From Mizuhopecten yessoensis (lineage: Eukaryota): a DNA stretch of 64,000 nt. Below, in pieces: positions 51,775 through 64,000 of this stretch. Positions within the stretch are counted from its first letter, which is position 1, and each line of letters starts with the position of its first letter. The notes beneath the pieces are model-generated. The model saw only the letters and a program-made list of their open reading frames with translations, did not search any database and was not told where the DNA came from. The stretch lies in assembly GCF_002113885.1 (NCBI RefSeq), contig NW_018406512.1, positions 143,216-207,215 of the forward strand, written 5' to 3'. Both the position numbers and the translations under genes were made by a program.

Positions 51775-54680
51775 CTTTGGCAAAGCTATTCTTTGTTTTC
51801 GCTTTTTGCAATGATGGCTTGGAAACTCTATCCTTCATGATGAAATTAACTACCGATATTATAGAATGATGGGCCTACAAGGTACCGGGACTCAATTATT
51901 TTTTGAAAATGATCTTTCCACGTTAGCTCGTGTATTGATTAGATTCGGTAACCTATATTGATGGCGGACTCCATTTCTATAACATTTACATCCGTGCCAT
52001 TTGCTTAGACGTATCATGTTAACATATAATACAAACATAATACAATTCAAACGAAAAACCGCACAAAACAAATGTACTTCTGCTGACATCAACAAATTGA
52101 ACTTTGGGCAGTGATGTTTTAATAAGATTGAGATGTCAAGTGTTGAAATTAAACATATTTCAACCAGACTTGTTAAGAGGTAATCTATCTCCGCTGTAAT
52201 AGCTTGCGTGATAAGTAAGTTGGTGCACTTTTACCGGTGTTCTCGTATCAGTCTTTAAAATACATTTCGTTTCGATAAAAATACATGCATGCTGTCATTA
52301 TAACTTTTCTGAATCATATATATGACATGTTATAGTGTAAAAAATAAAATAAAAAATCACAACATATTTCAAAGTCACTTGACACGCGAAACTCGGGTCT
52401 GGCTTCATGTCATTTAAATAATAAATATGGAGAAAAGTGGGGTTTTAATAGAAAAACAGGTATTAAATTTACAATTACTATTTGGTATTATGGATATTGA
52501 TACTGGTCTGTATGATGGTAATACAACAAATCGTTTACAAAAATGAAACAAAATCCATTATTGTAAATGTTTCCCTTTTTGTAAGCGAAGGACATTTCTT
52601 TTTCAAAATATTCCAACACTCACTACAATGTTTGGTGACATTTTTGACACTTTGAAGTATACCGCTAGGGAGACACGAGATGACGCTCATGTTGTCCTCA
52701 TGTATTAAATCATCATTCAAAGGCATTGCTTTCTATCTTACGTATCATGGTCCTTCAAACATTATGATTACTGAAGATAATTGGATGGTAAAATATAGAA
52801 ATAGAAACTGAAATAGAAATGTTTGTTCAGTGCCAATTAACATCCATCTTTTTTTTATATAGATTCGTAATATGATATGTCAATATAAACCCAGGTAATA
52901 TAGTTATGTAGGATTACTACACCATACAATTATCCTATGTGTTTACTTGCGTGATAGGAATCGTCCATTCACTACTTAACGCTACATCAGCGTGTCAGTT
53001 TTTACTTTCGTGAGGTGCACACTCCATAACTCGACTACATTTCATACGCTTTGTCAGGTGGCACAAAGACCGTCTCACCAAGCATTACGTCCACGCCGGG
53101 GTGACACAAAGACCTGCTGCAGATATGTATGTAAGTAGTACCTGGACTGGAAACTAGCAATTCACCTGTCAGTTCGTGGTCGCCAATGACACGTGTAATG
53201 ATGTGAAGAGGTTTGAATGAGTACTCGTATAAGTAGTGCGTCAGACCGCCGCCGTCTCTCCCCTGGTCCCCCATCATGTATACAACTCAAAAGCCTGTTT
53301 AATAATGTATACGGTATTAGTAACAACATCAAAGTCTGTCGGGTTTTATGTTTCTCAAGTGAACATAAAATATATATTACGGTATTAGTGGAAGCATCAT
53401 AGCATACATACGATATACATCTTCATTAACATTTTTGTGGATGTTTGATTTAATCCTTATGTATCTGTGTTATGACGGAAACTAATGTACAAATTAGTAT
53501 CGCTAACAACGTCGTGCGTTTAATCCGGTAAAAAAGCTGTCTAGAGGATGTCAAAGATAGATATACAGTATGGGGATAAAGTGGAAGGCTCCAACCCCCT
53601 CTCCCCGGGAGTCAATGTAAAGCACATAAGTGAATATTGAAAATACCATTTGTAATGAGCATCAAGGATGACCATGATATAATCTAATTATATTTATGTT
53701 GGGTTCCCATAGGTTCCTTGTATCGACAACATTTCAGATAGGAGAACAACGATTTCCTCCATTTCGTGGTCAGCGATCTCTATGAAAAGTGTGAGAGATT
53801 TGTTGTAAAGAGATGTCATTGGAGAAATGTATCATTTTAAGATAGCAACGGACGAATATGAATTTCGTTCTTGTGAAACAAACTTGATATTTGGGCAAGG
53901 ATTCAAAATGACAGCGACATTAAAGGGCCTAGGTATAGGTGTCATGTGGCACGTGAGTTTAATATACAATGTACAGCTAGGTAGGATTATAGGCAGGTTC
54001 TGTGGCTTGTTTTGAAGTTTCCCTTATCGGTAATGCGAAATAAATTTCTTTTGACATGAACACTGGTTCATTTCTTTATCATTGAATACAAGTAGGGTCA
54101 TTGTATACGCTATGATACCAGCTATTATTGGTAACAAACATGAAAGCCTGCCAATGGAAAATCCGAAACAATGGACGGAAATTCAGCCATTCATGTAAAA
54201 AAGAAACCGATTGGCGGTGAGGTGATGCGGAAATGCTTCGAAGCTGTATCAAGTATGCCGGCATCTGGCAAGACATGGTTTGGTCCATTCTTCCTGTGGG
54301 TCAATGAGAAAGTCCCTGAGGGTCTCTCGCTTTCCCGCCGGGGTGTCATGTCAGTACAAAACATGTAAGGTTCAGTGCGAGGTCGAGAGACTATGGACTA
54401 TCTAGTCAGAGCATATCTCCGTCAGTGTTAGGATTAATTCCCTTGTCAGTTAATGAGCTTAATCACTGTAGTTTATTTGAACGGACAATTTGATAACAAC
54501 ATGGTACACTTTGAAGTTTAGTGTATAGACAGCGAAATTTACTTACTTTCAATCAGAACAGGAAGAAAACTTGGAATTGGGACGACTCTGTAACTTTCTG
54601 GTACAAACTACACATTTTAATTATTGTTACATTACAGGTTCCATTTTAGATGTATTTGCTATCGTTTTTGTAAAAGAAGT

Positions 54681-54682
<2 letters not shown>

Positions 54683-54712
<30 letters not shown>
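54683..54712. repeat. (AAT)10 microsatellite
   Basis: Directly visible. Confidence 0.97.
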
Positions 54713-54717
<5 letters not shown>

Positions 54718-55514
54718 GACGAAGACGAAGAAAAAAAGAAGACATATGATGCCGTATAAAAGTTAAACATTTTTGTGTGTATATAACTGCACCTGTTGTT
54801 AACACCAACAGCACAATTTGTCCATTATAGATGGTCCAGCTGGCCAATCCGTTGCGTGTTTTTGTGATAGAGGCGATAATGGTCAGTGATGCCACCTGAT
54901 CCATTGACAAAGTTTCGTCCCTTATAGTTCCACTCAGGCATATACAGTTCCATAATGAGGCTGTGTGTTAAAGCTCAGTATGCCACACACAACGCGAGGA
55001 ATAACTGTGACCACTTACTTCTTGTAGTCGATTAAAGCGAATTTGATACAATTGATGTAAATGTGATACGCTTCTGAACCAGGGCGTGATATTTGGTTTG
55101 GACATAAAATCATGATATAGTGTGGCAAGGAAAATTATTGATCTGATGGGACAGCAAATCCAACGATGTTTTAGAATAAACGACATTAAAACTGACGTAA
55201 AATGTTCAAGTCAAAATTGTCTTTAGAAACATTCATCAAGACTGACGGAGGACGTGAAGGACAGCATTGTTTAAGCTTACAGACCGCCACCCCTTAAATG
55301 CCTGTAAGGAATTGGTAAAAAAACCTATTTACTTATCCCTCAGCCTAGTTAGACACCCAAGAGGTCAAACTTATATATATATTTCGTTTTGTTCTTTATA
55401 AATGAAAGATTCTAGAGATACGAGTTTATCTATAAAATATTCAATCCTAAAACGGTATAATGTTACAGATAAGTCATTATGTATCGTGTATAATTTAACT
55501 ACATAAACATTTTG

Positions 55515-56210
55515 ATAATTATAGATTATCACACTGTATTTTCAGGGTTTGTCGTGAGAACATTTTTTTCATCGCGAGCACGTGGATAAAATCGAGAGGA
55601 CTCGAGATATTATCTCCGTGCGAGCGATGAGAAAATATTCGAACGACAAACACTGAAAATATTGTATGATAAATTATTTATCATCTATATACTACTACCA
55701 TATGTATTTCTCCATTTGAAAAGTAAACACCATGTTTTCCAAATGACTTCTAAGCGCAATGGTCAACAATCGCCTCTGACAAACATAAACAAATAGAAGT
55801 TTTGCGCGGAGGAATACAATGAACCTTAAAACTACGTAGATTTTTTTTTTGATCAATCCTATCGTCATTGGCTTGACCATATGCACATTTACACCTGGAA
55901 TGGTTTTGTTATTCTCACAATATTGTTTCGTAACTTTGTATTGAAATGTTTATGACGGACTATTTTCTTCTTACGCGGAACACTTTTGTGTGGATACTAT
56001 TTCCGGTTTCAGACGTCATCTGGCGCGAGTAGACGTTTTGTTTTTGAGAAAATACTTTCCCAAGTGCTTGGAAATGGGAAAATCCGTTCTCAAGTTCCTC
56101 TATAGTTCTTTTCAAGTCGTTCTCAACTTCTTCTCATACTGACAACCAATTATAATTAATTGATCATGCTACCTATAGGTGGTATAAAGTAGTATATAGG
56201 TGATGATTAT
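55515..56210. mobile_element. Non-autonomous element with a terminal long hairpin and a second internal/terminal IR pair (Crypton-like architecture)
   Basis: About 80-bp imperfect IR (55515-55595 versus 55600-55682), immediately followed by ATCATCTATATACTAC (55680-55695), whose complement GTAGTATATAGGTGAT lies at 56189-56204. No TSD and no ORF. Family assignment is inference. Confidence 0.55.
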
Positions 56211-59200
56211 AAATATATAGCTGATATTTGAATACAACTGTATGTTGACATCTCTTTAAGCCATCGTTACTTGCTTCGCCTGATGTTGCCACAACGTATA
56301 TGGATTTTTTTAATCAAACTTCACTCCGGATGTTTCAAAATATTCTCATTAAAGACTGTCAGCTGATCTGGATAAAAGTGTCTGTCCGTTCCTCGCTCCA
56401 AACTTATTGGAAAAACCTGCTAGGAGTTAGTAAACATTCTCGGTTACCCACTACTGGGTTACACTCTGGACGGGATTGTGTTTGTCAATCTCATGATAAT
56501 GAAGTCAAGTAACAAGGCCTTGCGACGTCTTCTACCATTGGGACATCATACTTCAATGGCAATTATTTCTCGGTTCATGTATTCCGCAGAGAAATTCTCG
56601 TTCGCTAGTTTTCAAATTGTAGTATCTTAATACAATTCGAAAATTAACTAACTCGAGTTAGATAAACATGATAACCAATCATCACTCGTTAGGAAATCTC
56701 TGCATATGTACCGCTATCACTACGGTAGATAGCAACTCTCCGAAGAAATCTGAATAATATATAACAATGAACAAGAGTAGTGTTTGTGGAGTGTGCTTGG
56801 ATTAAGTCATTATTTATGTAAGAAAATACTGATACTGTTTCGAGTTTGATTGCTGGAACACTTGTTAGGTAGGAAACAACGTCTAGACAATATTACTACA
56901 ACAGTGGTTCGAGAAAACATGAGATGAGTTAAAGGAGTTCAGTGTGTAGTTTCCTGGAGCCTTTCGTTTATCCTCTACAGTCAAAGATTTGTTTCTGATT
57001 CCTATCACGTTGTTGACTTTCACCAAAACATGACTACACTACAAGGCGATTAGCTGTACGCAGGGTTCAGACGTATACGTGTGTTACATTCATAGAGAAG
57101 TTTTTACTCGTCAGCCTCCCATTCACGTGCATGCCCACGTGTATGGACTAACGAGAAGTAATACGTTTAATGGATTAATTCATTTTATATAGCCATAAAG
57201 AAATCGAATCTTACTACTTCTCAGAAGAATCATGTTTACAAAAAGGTTTCTATAGTAACAAACTCCCATTTCGAGTCTTTGAAATTCTTGGTGCTTTCGC
57301 TGTACCCAATAATCCCGATTGTTCCGAGTTAATCGCGCCGACTAGCAATTGTTGTTATCTCAAATATGTTTCACGCCGAATGAGAGTACAGCATTTTAAC
57401 ATTAGATGGAACAGAAAGATTCCCAAGACGTGACAACATACAACACACAACATTATCGGTATGATTCATTTGCAATAAATAGCTTAGACGTATTTGTAAG
57501 CGCCCCGAGACTTCAGGTCGCCTTGCAGTTTGTTCTCATACATCAAATATAGGGAAAAAAACTGGAGGGAAAACAGACAACGGAAACGGCTCAAAGAGCC
57601 ATTTACTGTGTTTTACTGAGAGCGATCACATTTAATACAGAATAACAGAGGGAAAATGTCGTTATAAGAAATATGAGAAATTAAAATGTGCGATAATTAT
57701 GACAGGTTGATCAATTACTGAGGTTGTGATATGTACACTGTAGCTCCGGAGAGGGGATGATCTGACGGTAAATGAGCTCCGACGTCACCAGTAAGTCATA
57801 GCATACTGCCGTGCATCAGGAACGCTTGACGTAAATGAAAGTCGTAACACTTTAGTCGTTAATCGTCTGACAGTAGGGTAAACAAGGCGGTTTACGTTTT
57901 GCGATGCTTTTTTATTTATGTTAATTATACTTCAGTTTCAGATCGGAATAGCACATGCATGTATTATTTTATTGGTTAAACATAGTATATCTTTCTATTT
58001 CCACTGAAAATACCTTTAGTTCATGACAGTCTGTTCTAAGGTTCAAATTCATGTTTTCCTATTTTTGATGTTTGGTCACTGACGATGTCGGGATAATTGG
58101 ATCAGCTTTTTAGATATCAATATATTACTTGATTGTTTTCGATCACATGTTAAGACATGAATATACATATAGCAGATAACAACATTTAAATACAATATTA
58201 TATGATCTGACGATAAACATTCACTATCAAATCAAATGATATAAACATTGCAGTATTTTGTTAAAATTTAATTGACCATGTTGTGATGATAGTGTTGTAT
58301 TAGATATCGTTTTCTAATGTAGATCAGACACGTTTTAAATATATCCTAAATCTTTCAAAAAAGTTGTTATTTTTTTGTATATATCTATTGATGTAGATTA
58401 CAACTAGAGAATAACCCTTTATTTTTTATTTTATTGTATTACTTTAAATTTTTTTTTTTTTTTTACATTTTTAAAAAAGCTATCTAACAGCTAATTGAGA
58501 ATTTGATATCTACACACTTACATGTATACGTGATATAACGATTATGAATTGTATTTAGGTAATTAATTAGGCGTGACTATCTCTGACGCTGTGCTGGAGG
58601 TACGTTACCCCAGTGATATAGATACCTTGGGGATGTAAACTCTAGTTTGGTATATAAACAACCTCGCTGGTATGGTAATAGTTTGTTCTTTTTGGAATGC
58701 ATTTCTCCAACCACAGCAAACATTGAGCCCTCGGTTAAAGAGTATCCCATAAATTGACCCAGATTTATTAGGAACACGTTATCGTAGGCTGTGGCTACGA
58801 GAGAAGTACATAAAGCATTTCTTATAGGTTGGAGAATATTGTTACTTCACCGAAGCACTTTGCAACTACAAGCGGCATGTTATCAGTTTTTTATGTAATG
58901 ATGAGCACGTGTTCCCCGGACTGATATCGACAACAGATGGAATTACGATGAAATGCGTGTATATATACATACTGAATTAAGTTTTACGGCTGAAAATGTA
59001 TATCGAGGAAGCTTCAGAGCCCAATCTCAAAGGACCTCCACGCAGATATATCTATTAACACTGGGGGTTTGTGGGGAGTTGAAAAAGCACAAATGTAAAC
59101 ATCACAAACGGTTTTGATGACTGCATTACAAATGGAGCGTGATTAATTTGCTGCAATTTAAATAAACACTGTATATATTGTTATACCATCTGCTGATAAT

Positions 59201-59581
59201 GGAGATAAGCCGGCGCAGACTTGGTCTCTGTTCACCCATGCGGAAAAAGCATAACAGTAGAATTTTGTGGATTTTAGTTGCAACAGGGAGTTGTGTACGT
59301 AACATGTTGACTGACCCACAGAGTAATTTTCCGTGATAGAGATGTGTATTCTGTCAGCTGTTTGTTAATGTTGCTAGAGGATGGGAGAGTTCGATTGATG
59401 ATTAATATGTATGTGGAGAGGTGAAAGGCAGGTGCTTAGGTACACTGCAGTATTAGTGTCAATACTCCCAATGTACGGGGGTATCTACACCGTCAGCAGG
59501 AATACACTTTATTGTGTCAAATGTAATGTAGATTAATCAAATTTCAACATAAATTAATCTCAGACGTATCGTAGGTTATTC

Positions 59582-59722
59582 GTGTTTTTAGTCCTTAATG
59601 TGTGGGGTCATATATGTACGACTGTTATTGGTATATTTAATCATAAAGGTGTGGGATCATATAAGTACGACTGTTATTGGTGTATTTAGGTCTTATGGTG
59701 TGGGGTCATATGTGTGCGACTG
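59582..59722. repeat. Tandem repeat, 49-bp unit x3 (diverged)
   Basis: GTGTGGGRTCATAT..GTRCGACTG recurring every 49 bp. Confidence 0.9.
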
Positions 59723-62203
59723 AAGTGCCACTTAGGAATCATTACACTTCAATCCAAGTCCGACATTTTACTGCCCTCTGTATAACATTCAACTACTCAC
59801 CCTTCACCTCGGGTAAACTGACCAATTCATCATACGGTCCCTATGACAATATAGGAATTAGTGAACTTAACCACAGTTTATTATCAATGGTGACTGGTAT
59901 AGGGATTTCCATTGTTTTTTTCACTGAAGTTCTTAAATTGAAGTACTGTCACAGATTCATTTGATTTTATATGAAATAAAAACTTATCATTTGATTTATT
60001 ATATCTATGTGTCACATTTCATACATTAATGTAAAATACGGTAGTTAAAAAGTGATTTCCAATCAATATCGGCGTATGATACACATATATACACAGAAAA
60101 TTGCCTATAGGGAGGGAAGCATCTCCGGCGTGAAGGTAGCTCAAGCCTGCTATTCCGTTTGACTGATTCCCGCCGTGGTCCACTTAAAGTAAGGTCGGTC
60201 AGACATAGTAATGTCAATTTCATTAATTCAAAAACATTCCAGCATTACCAACACAGGGTACGTAAATTATGTATACAGATTTACACATAAATGTCATCTC
60301 TATCTGAAGTCGATCTTCATGTTTGTCATTTCTTATCTGTTGTACATTTTTTTGCTAAAATAGTTGTCATGTTTTTATCAGATCAATCTTTTACATGGAT
60401 ATATTTCTTTTTGGGGATTTACCTTTATGTTCTATTCCATTAAAATTTGGCGTCACATCCGGGCGGTGTACATTAATACATGTCTTCTGTGACGGTTTTC
60501 ATTGTTGTTGTGTATGCAGACTTACTGGGCAAACACTATCCATACATCAGTAGTCTGATTCCTGTTTACATATCCTTGCATCCACGTATTTTACCGTTGG
60601 AGTTTTATAGCAATTTGTTTTCAATATATGAATGTGCAAAGTGTACATACAGGGGTCCTTTTACGACATCATCAGTTGATTAGGTATTCGTAGTTTTAAT
60701 TCGTTCTGATATGAAACAGATCCCCATCGCGTGACGTGACATGTAAGGTCTGGCAATTGGTCGGACAAGACTGGAAGGCTAGAATCGCTAGAGTGTCATC
60801 CATCTATTATTTCAATTCATGTTTGTATATATCTCGAATTCTATTGCTGTAATCACCATGTCTGGTCCATGCTTGGTTAAAACTGTGGATAATTTTGGCA
60901 CGAGCTGAGCAGTGGTCAGAAGATGACGTCTCCAAGGGGACAGTGACGCTAGGCAAACGCCCCGTCAGCTGGTATCGGCTGTAAGCGTTATCGACTGTTT
61001 GAACACTTTCCAAGAAACAGATGGAATTATGAAGAAGCAACTCTCTAAAGGTGCGTGCTACTTCGGAGCCGTCCGTCAATCATAACCATATTTAGGCATA
61101 AAAATATAGCCAGACATGTCTGTATATTTGATCCATTCCACAAACAGTACCATTTCCGATTGTATTTTTTCCTCCATAAATGCAGACATCGTTAGACCTG
61201 TCAGACCTATCTATTGTTTATTGTTATATCAAACATACACCGCCTACATTTTCATTTGATCGTATCTGACAAAGACTCGGTGAATGATGAATGCATACAT
61301 AATATATGGTTTGAACTGTGTATTACAAATGTTACTCAGACAAAAAAGCAGGTGTATAAATTTAAAAACACCTGGGAGGTGTTATGGTTCCATTGAATAA
61401 AATAAAGGAGATCTTGTTAGCAGTATATAAATAAAAATAATATAACAGGAAATATATCATTATTAATTGAGGACATAACAATTGTCGCTTCATTGATATA
61501 AAAGGGAATATACAGGACATATGACTGAATTATTTTATTTAAATAATAGGGAAAACAGTGTATTCAGTTCTTTTGAAAATATTTATATGCTTATATGTTA
61601 ATGTTTATTACATTATGGTTATTAAAATATTGTATATTTTCTTACTTTCGTTAATATTTTGAGTAACTATTATATTTTGCTCAAGAGGAATGGATGTCAT
61701 AAGGTATTGGCGATATTGTTGAGTTGAATACTTTTCCCCCAATTTGCATCTGTTTTTCGGGAAATGGTGAATGTAAAATTAATATTTTCTTTGATAAGTT
61801 CATCAGTTAAACTCATTCGCATTGGTATATTCTTAATTGATGTTCGTGGCAGATGTCTAATTGGTATCGTTCCCGTTACACTATAAGCTTGGTATTCCAC
61901 TTCGTGCTTATTATTTTGACCACGAATTTAAGAAACTAAAAATGAGATAGCTATAACTTACAGCAATTCAAGGTTAATAATTGGCAAAACATGCACGTGT
62001 CTATAAAAGTATACCTCACAATAATGCACTACGAGTTGGAGAGTACAGTTATGAATACAAGTGCAATCACCGAGCGACATAGAAGGGATATTACTCGGTA
62101 TCTTATGTCATACAAATATGTTAGAAGTCATAGCGAAAAATAATTGTAATAGTATACACACTGATGTATATCGTGTACACATGTACCGCCACACACAAAG
62201 AAA

Positions 62204-62219
62204 GGGGGGGGGGGGGGGG
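62204..62219 (+). repeat. Poly-G tract (G16)
   Basis: Directly visible. Confidence 0.9.
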
Positions 62220-64000
62220 AGGAGGGCATCGTTAGCTCATTACAAACTACAGTACTGATTACGTCCATAATACAATAGAAATATTTGATACACGTAACGA
62301 TTGGCCATTCATTTGTGAATTAGTAACTGTGAAAAACCTATCATAGCAAAAAAACAAAAACAATTATGAATAATGAAATATTTTGTTATTACGAATAAAA
62401 TGACAAAAAGCTTGATGTTTTTTTTCATATTTTATTCACTTTAGTGTTCGCAACTCATCTTTTGTAATGTTTCAATTTCACATGATATTGGTATAAACAC
62501 AAAAATAAATTACAACTGTATATATATTTATATTGTTTAATAAAAGTTTAAACCTCTCACAGTCGATGATGCACGTTCTCACACTTTCACTCTTCTCCCT
62601 AACACACACACTATACAACATTCACACACTCGTGTTACACAAAGCTACGTGTCACCCCGCTGTTATACTGGATGACAACCCTGACATTTACCGCCACTTA
62701 GTGATGTTACTATCAATGCTAAGGATTCAATTTCATATTTTCCATCTTTGTAGTCAGATTTTGTCGGGTGCAAGGCCCTATCATAGAGAATTCATCCTAA
62801 TGTTTTTGTAATCTCACGATACTCGCTTTGAAGCTTAGAATGATAATGTTAACGTACTTGACATGATGTGTTAAGTTTTTATCTTAAACTGTATCTTTGT
62901 TATTGAAAAACTGATATGTAGGAACTCGTTCACTAGAAAATATGATATATCAAGTTAAAACGCATATTCTTTTTCAATTTCCACACAATATTGGTGCAAC
63001 TGTTTCAATCTGTCATTCATGATGATGGCAAAATGAACAAACTGGCAAACCGTAAATAACACTGGTAAGAAGTGAAAAATCTAACTAATCTGATTGGCTA
63101 AAAATGAGTGGAAGCAGTGAAATGTAATAGTGTGATCATAAGGAATAGAAATGAACTTAATATAGTTTGATACTGCTAACCACTTACATTTGTCAGGGAC
63201 ATATATTTTCACGGTATCCATGCGATAGATATTTCAACGTCATTTCATGAATTAAAGCGCGAACAATTTGTGTCCTCGACAGTCAAGTGATTTGTGGTAC
63301 CAAACAAAAACGTATGTTACTCAATTTTAATGATGGAATAATGACTTATATGAGAACTAACCATCATGGTATGAAAAGAAATGTACATGTATGTGGATGT
63401 GTTGGGTGTCCATTAGATTGGCAGGTCTATGGATGTGACCAGCTGACATTTCAGTAAAACTATATCCTGTGTGATTACTTGTCTATCAGATGACTTACAG
63501 CATAGTCACGAAGGGCTAGCTCAATCGATAAAGTTAATTTTTATGGAGGAAACCCAGCACGCCGTACGCCTCGGTAAACTTAGCACCTACGGTATACCTT
63601 GGGGATTTGTGTTAAGTAGCTTCCTAAGTATCAGGCAAAATATTGACGGATGAACAAATCCGGGTTATAACTTAGCTTTTCTTCTGTAAACCATAAACAC
63701 ATAATGCTGAGGTTTGTTGCCAGCTTATGGTGATAAAATATAAAAACATTAGTACAAAGTAGCCGTGTCTGTGAAAATGTATTTTCTGAACATAACTCAG
63801 CCATCGATTCGTGCGAGGAATGTCACCAATAGCTCAAATACACATGGATGCATTCTTCCTAGAGGACAAATTACAGGTTTATGCTTCACTGATTTATAAG
63901 TTCACTGAAATATGAATATGCGTCGCAAAATTCAATTATATCTTATTTTCTTGACATTAAAATGTGATCCCTCAAGCGAACAACATTTGTTACTTCTGAA

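Noticed and set aside
54171-54368. GC-richer ORF ending at a GTAAG donor, and a similar patch at 60807-61079, as coding exons
   Set aside because: No recognisable homology or clear acceptor, and in-frame stops lie close by.

Overview
AT-rich (roughly one-third GC by eye) animal genomic DNA, most likely from a bivalve mollusc. The repeat families, especially the SINE at 35.1 kb, resemble scallop-type elements; this is recalled similarity, not a database result. I found no intact protein-coding gene, RNA gene or CRISPR array. The ORF track is almost all short chance ORFs, and the longest ORFs are read through tandem repeats. The window looks intergenic or intronic. It contains about 20 minisatellites and local duplications (15-72 bp units, one with a trimeric higher-order structure and one perfectly homogeneous 16x37 bp array), non-autonomous DNA elements (a 1.68 kb element with 157-bp TIRs, a TA-flanked MITE, Helentron-type and Crypton-like remnants), a 5'-truncated CR1/L2-type LINE 3' end, a 5'-truncated SINE, decayed Penelope-like fragments with hammerhead-like motifs, and a few transcription-factor motif clusters. 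I cannot support a new biological system. The best leads are a nested mosaic at 7.0-8.2 kb, a several-fold excess of TACATGTA (a possible Tc1/mariner excision footprint), and the structured satellites.
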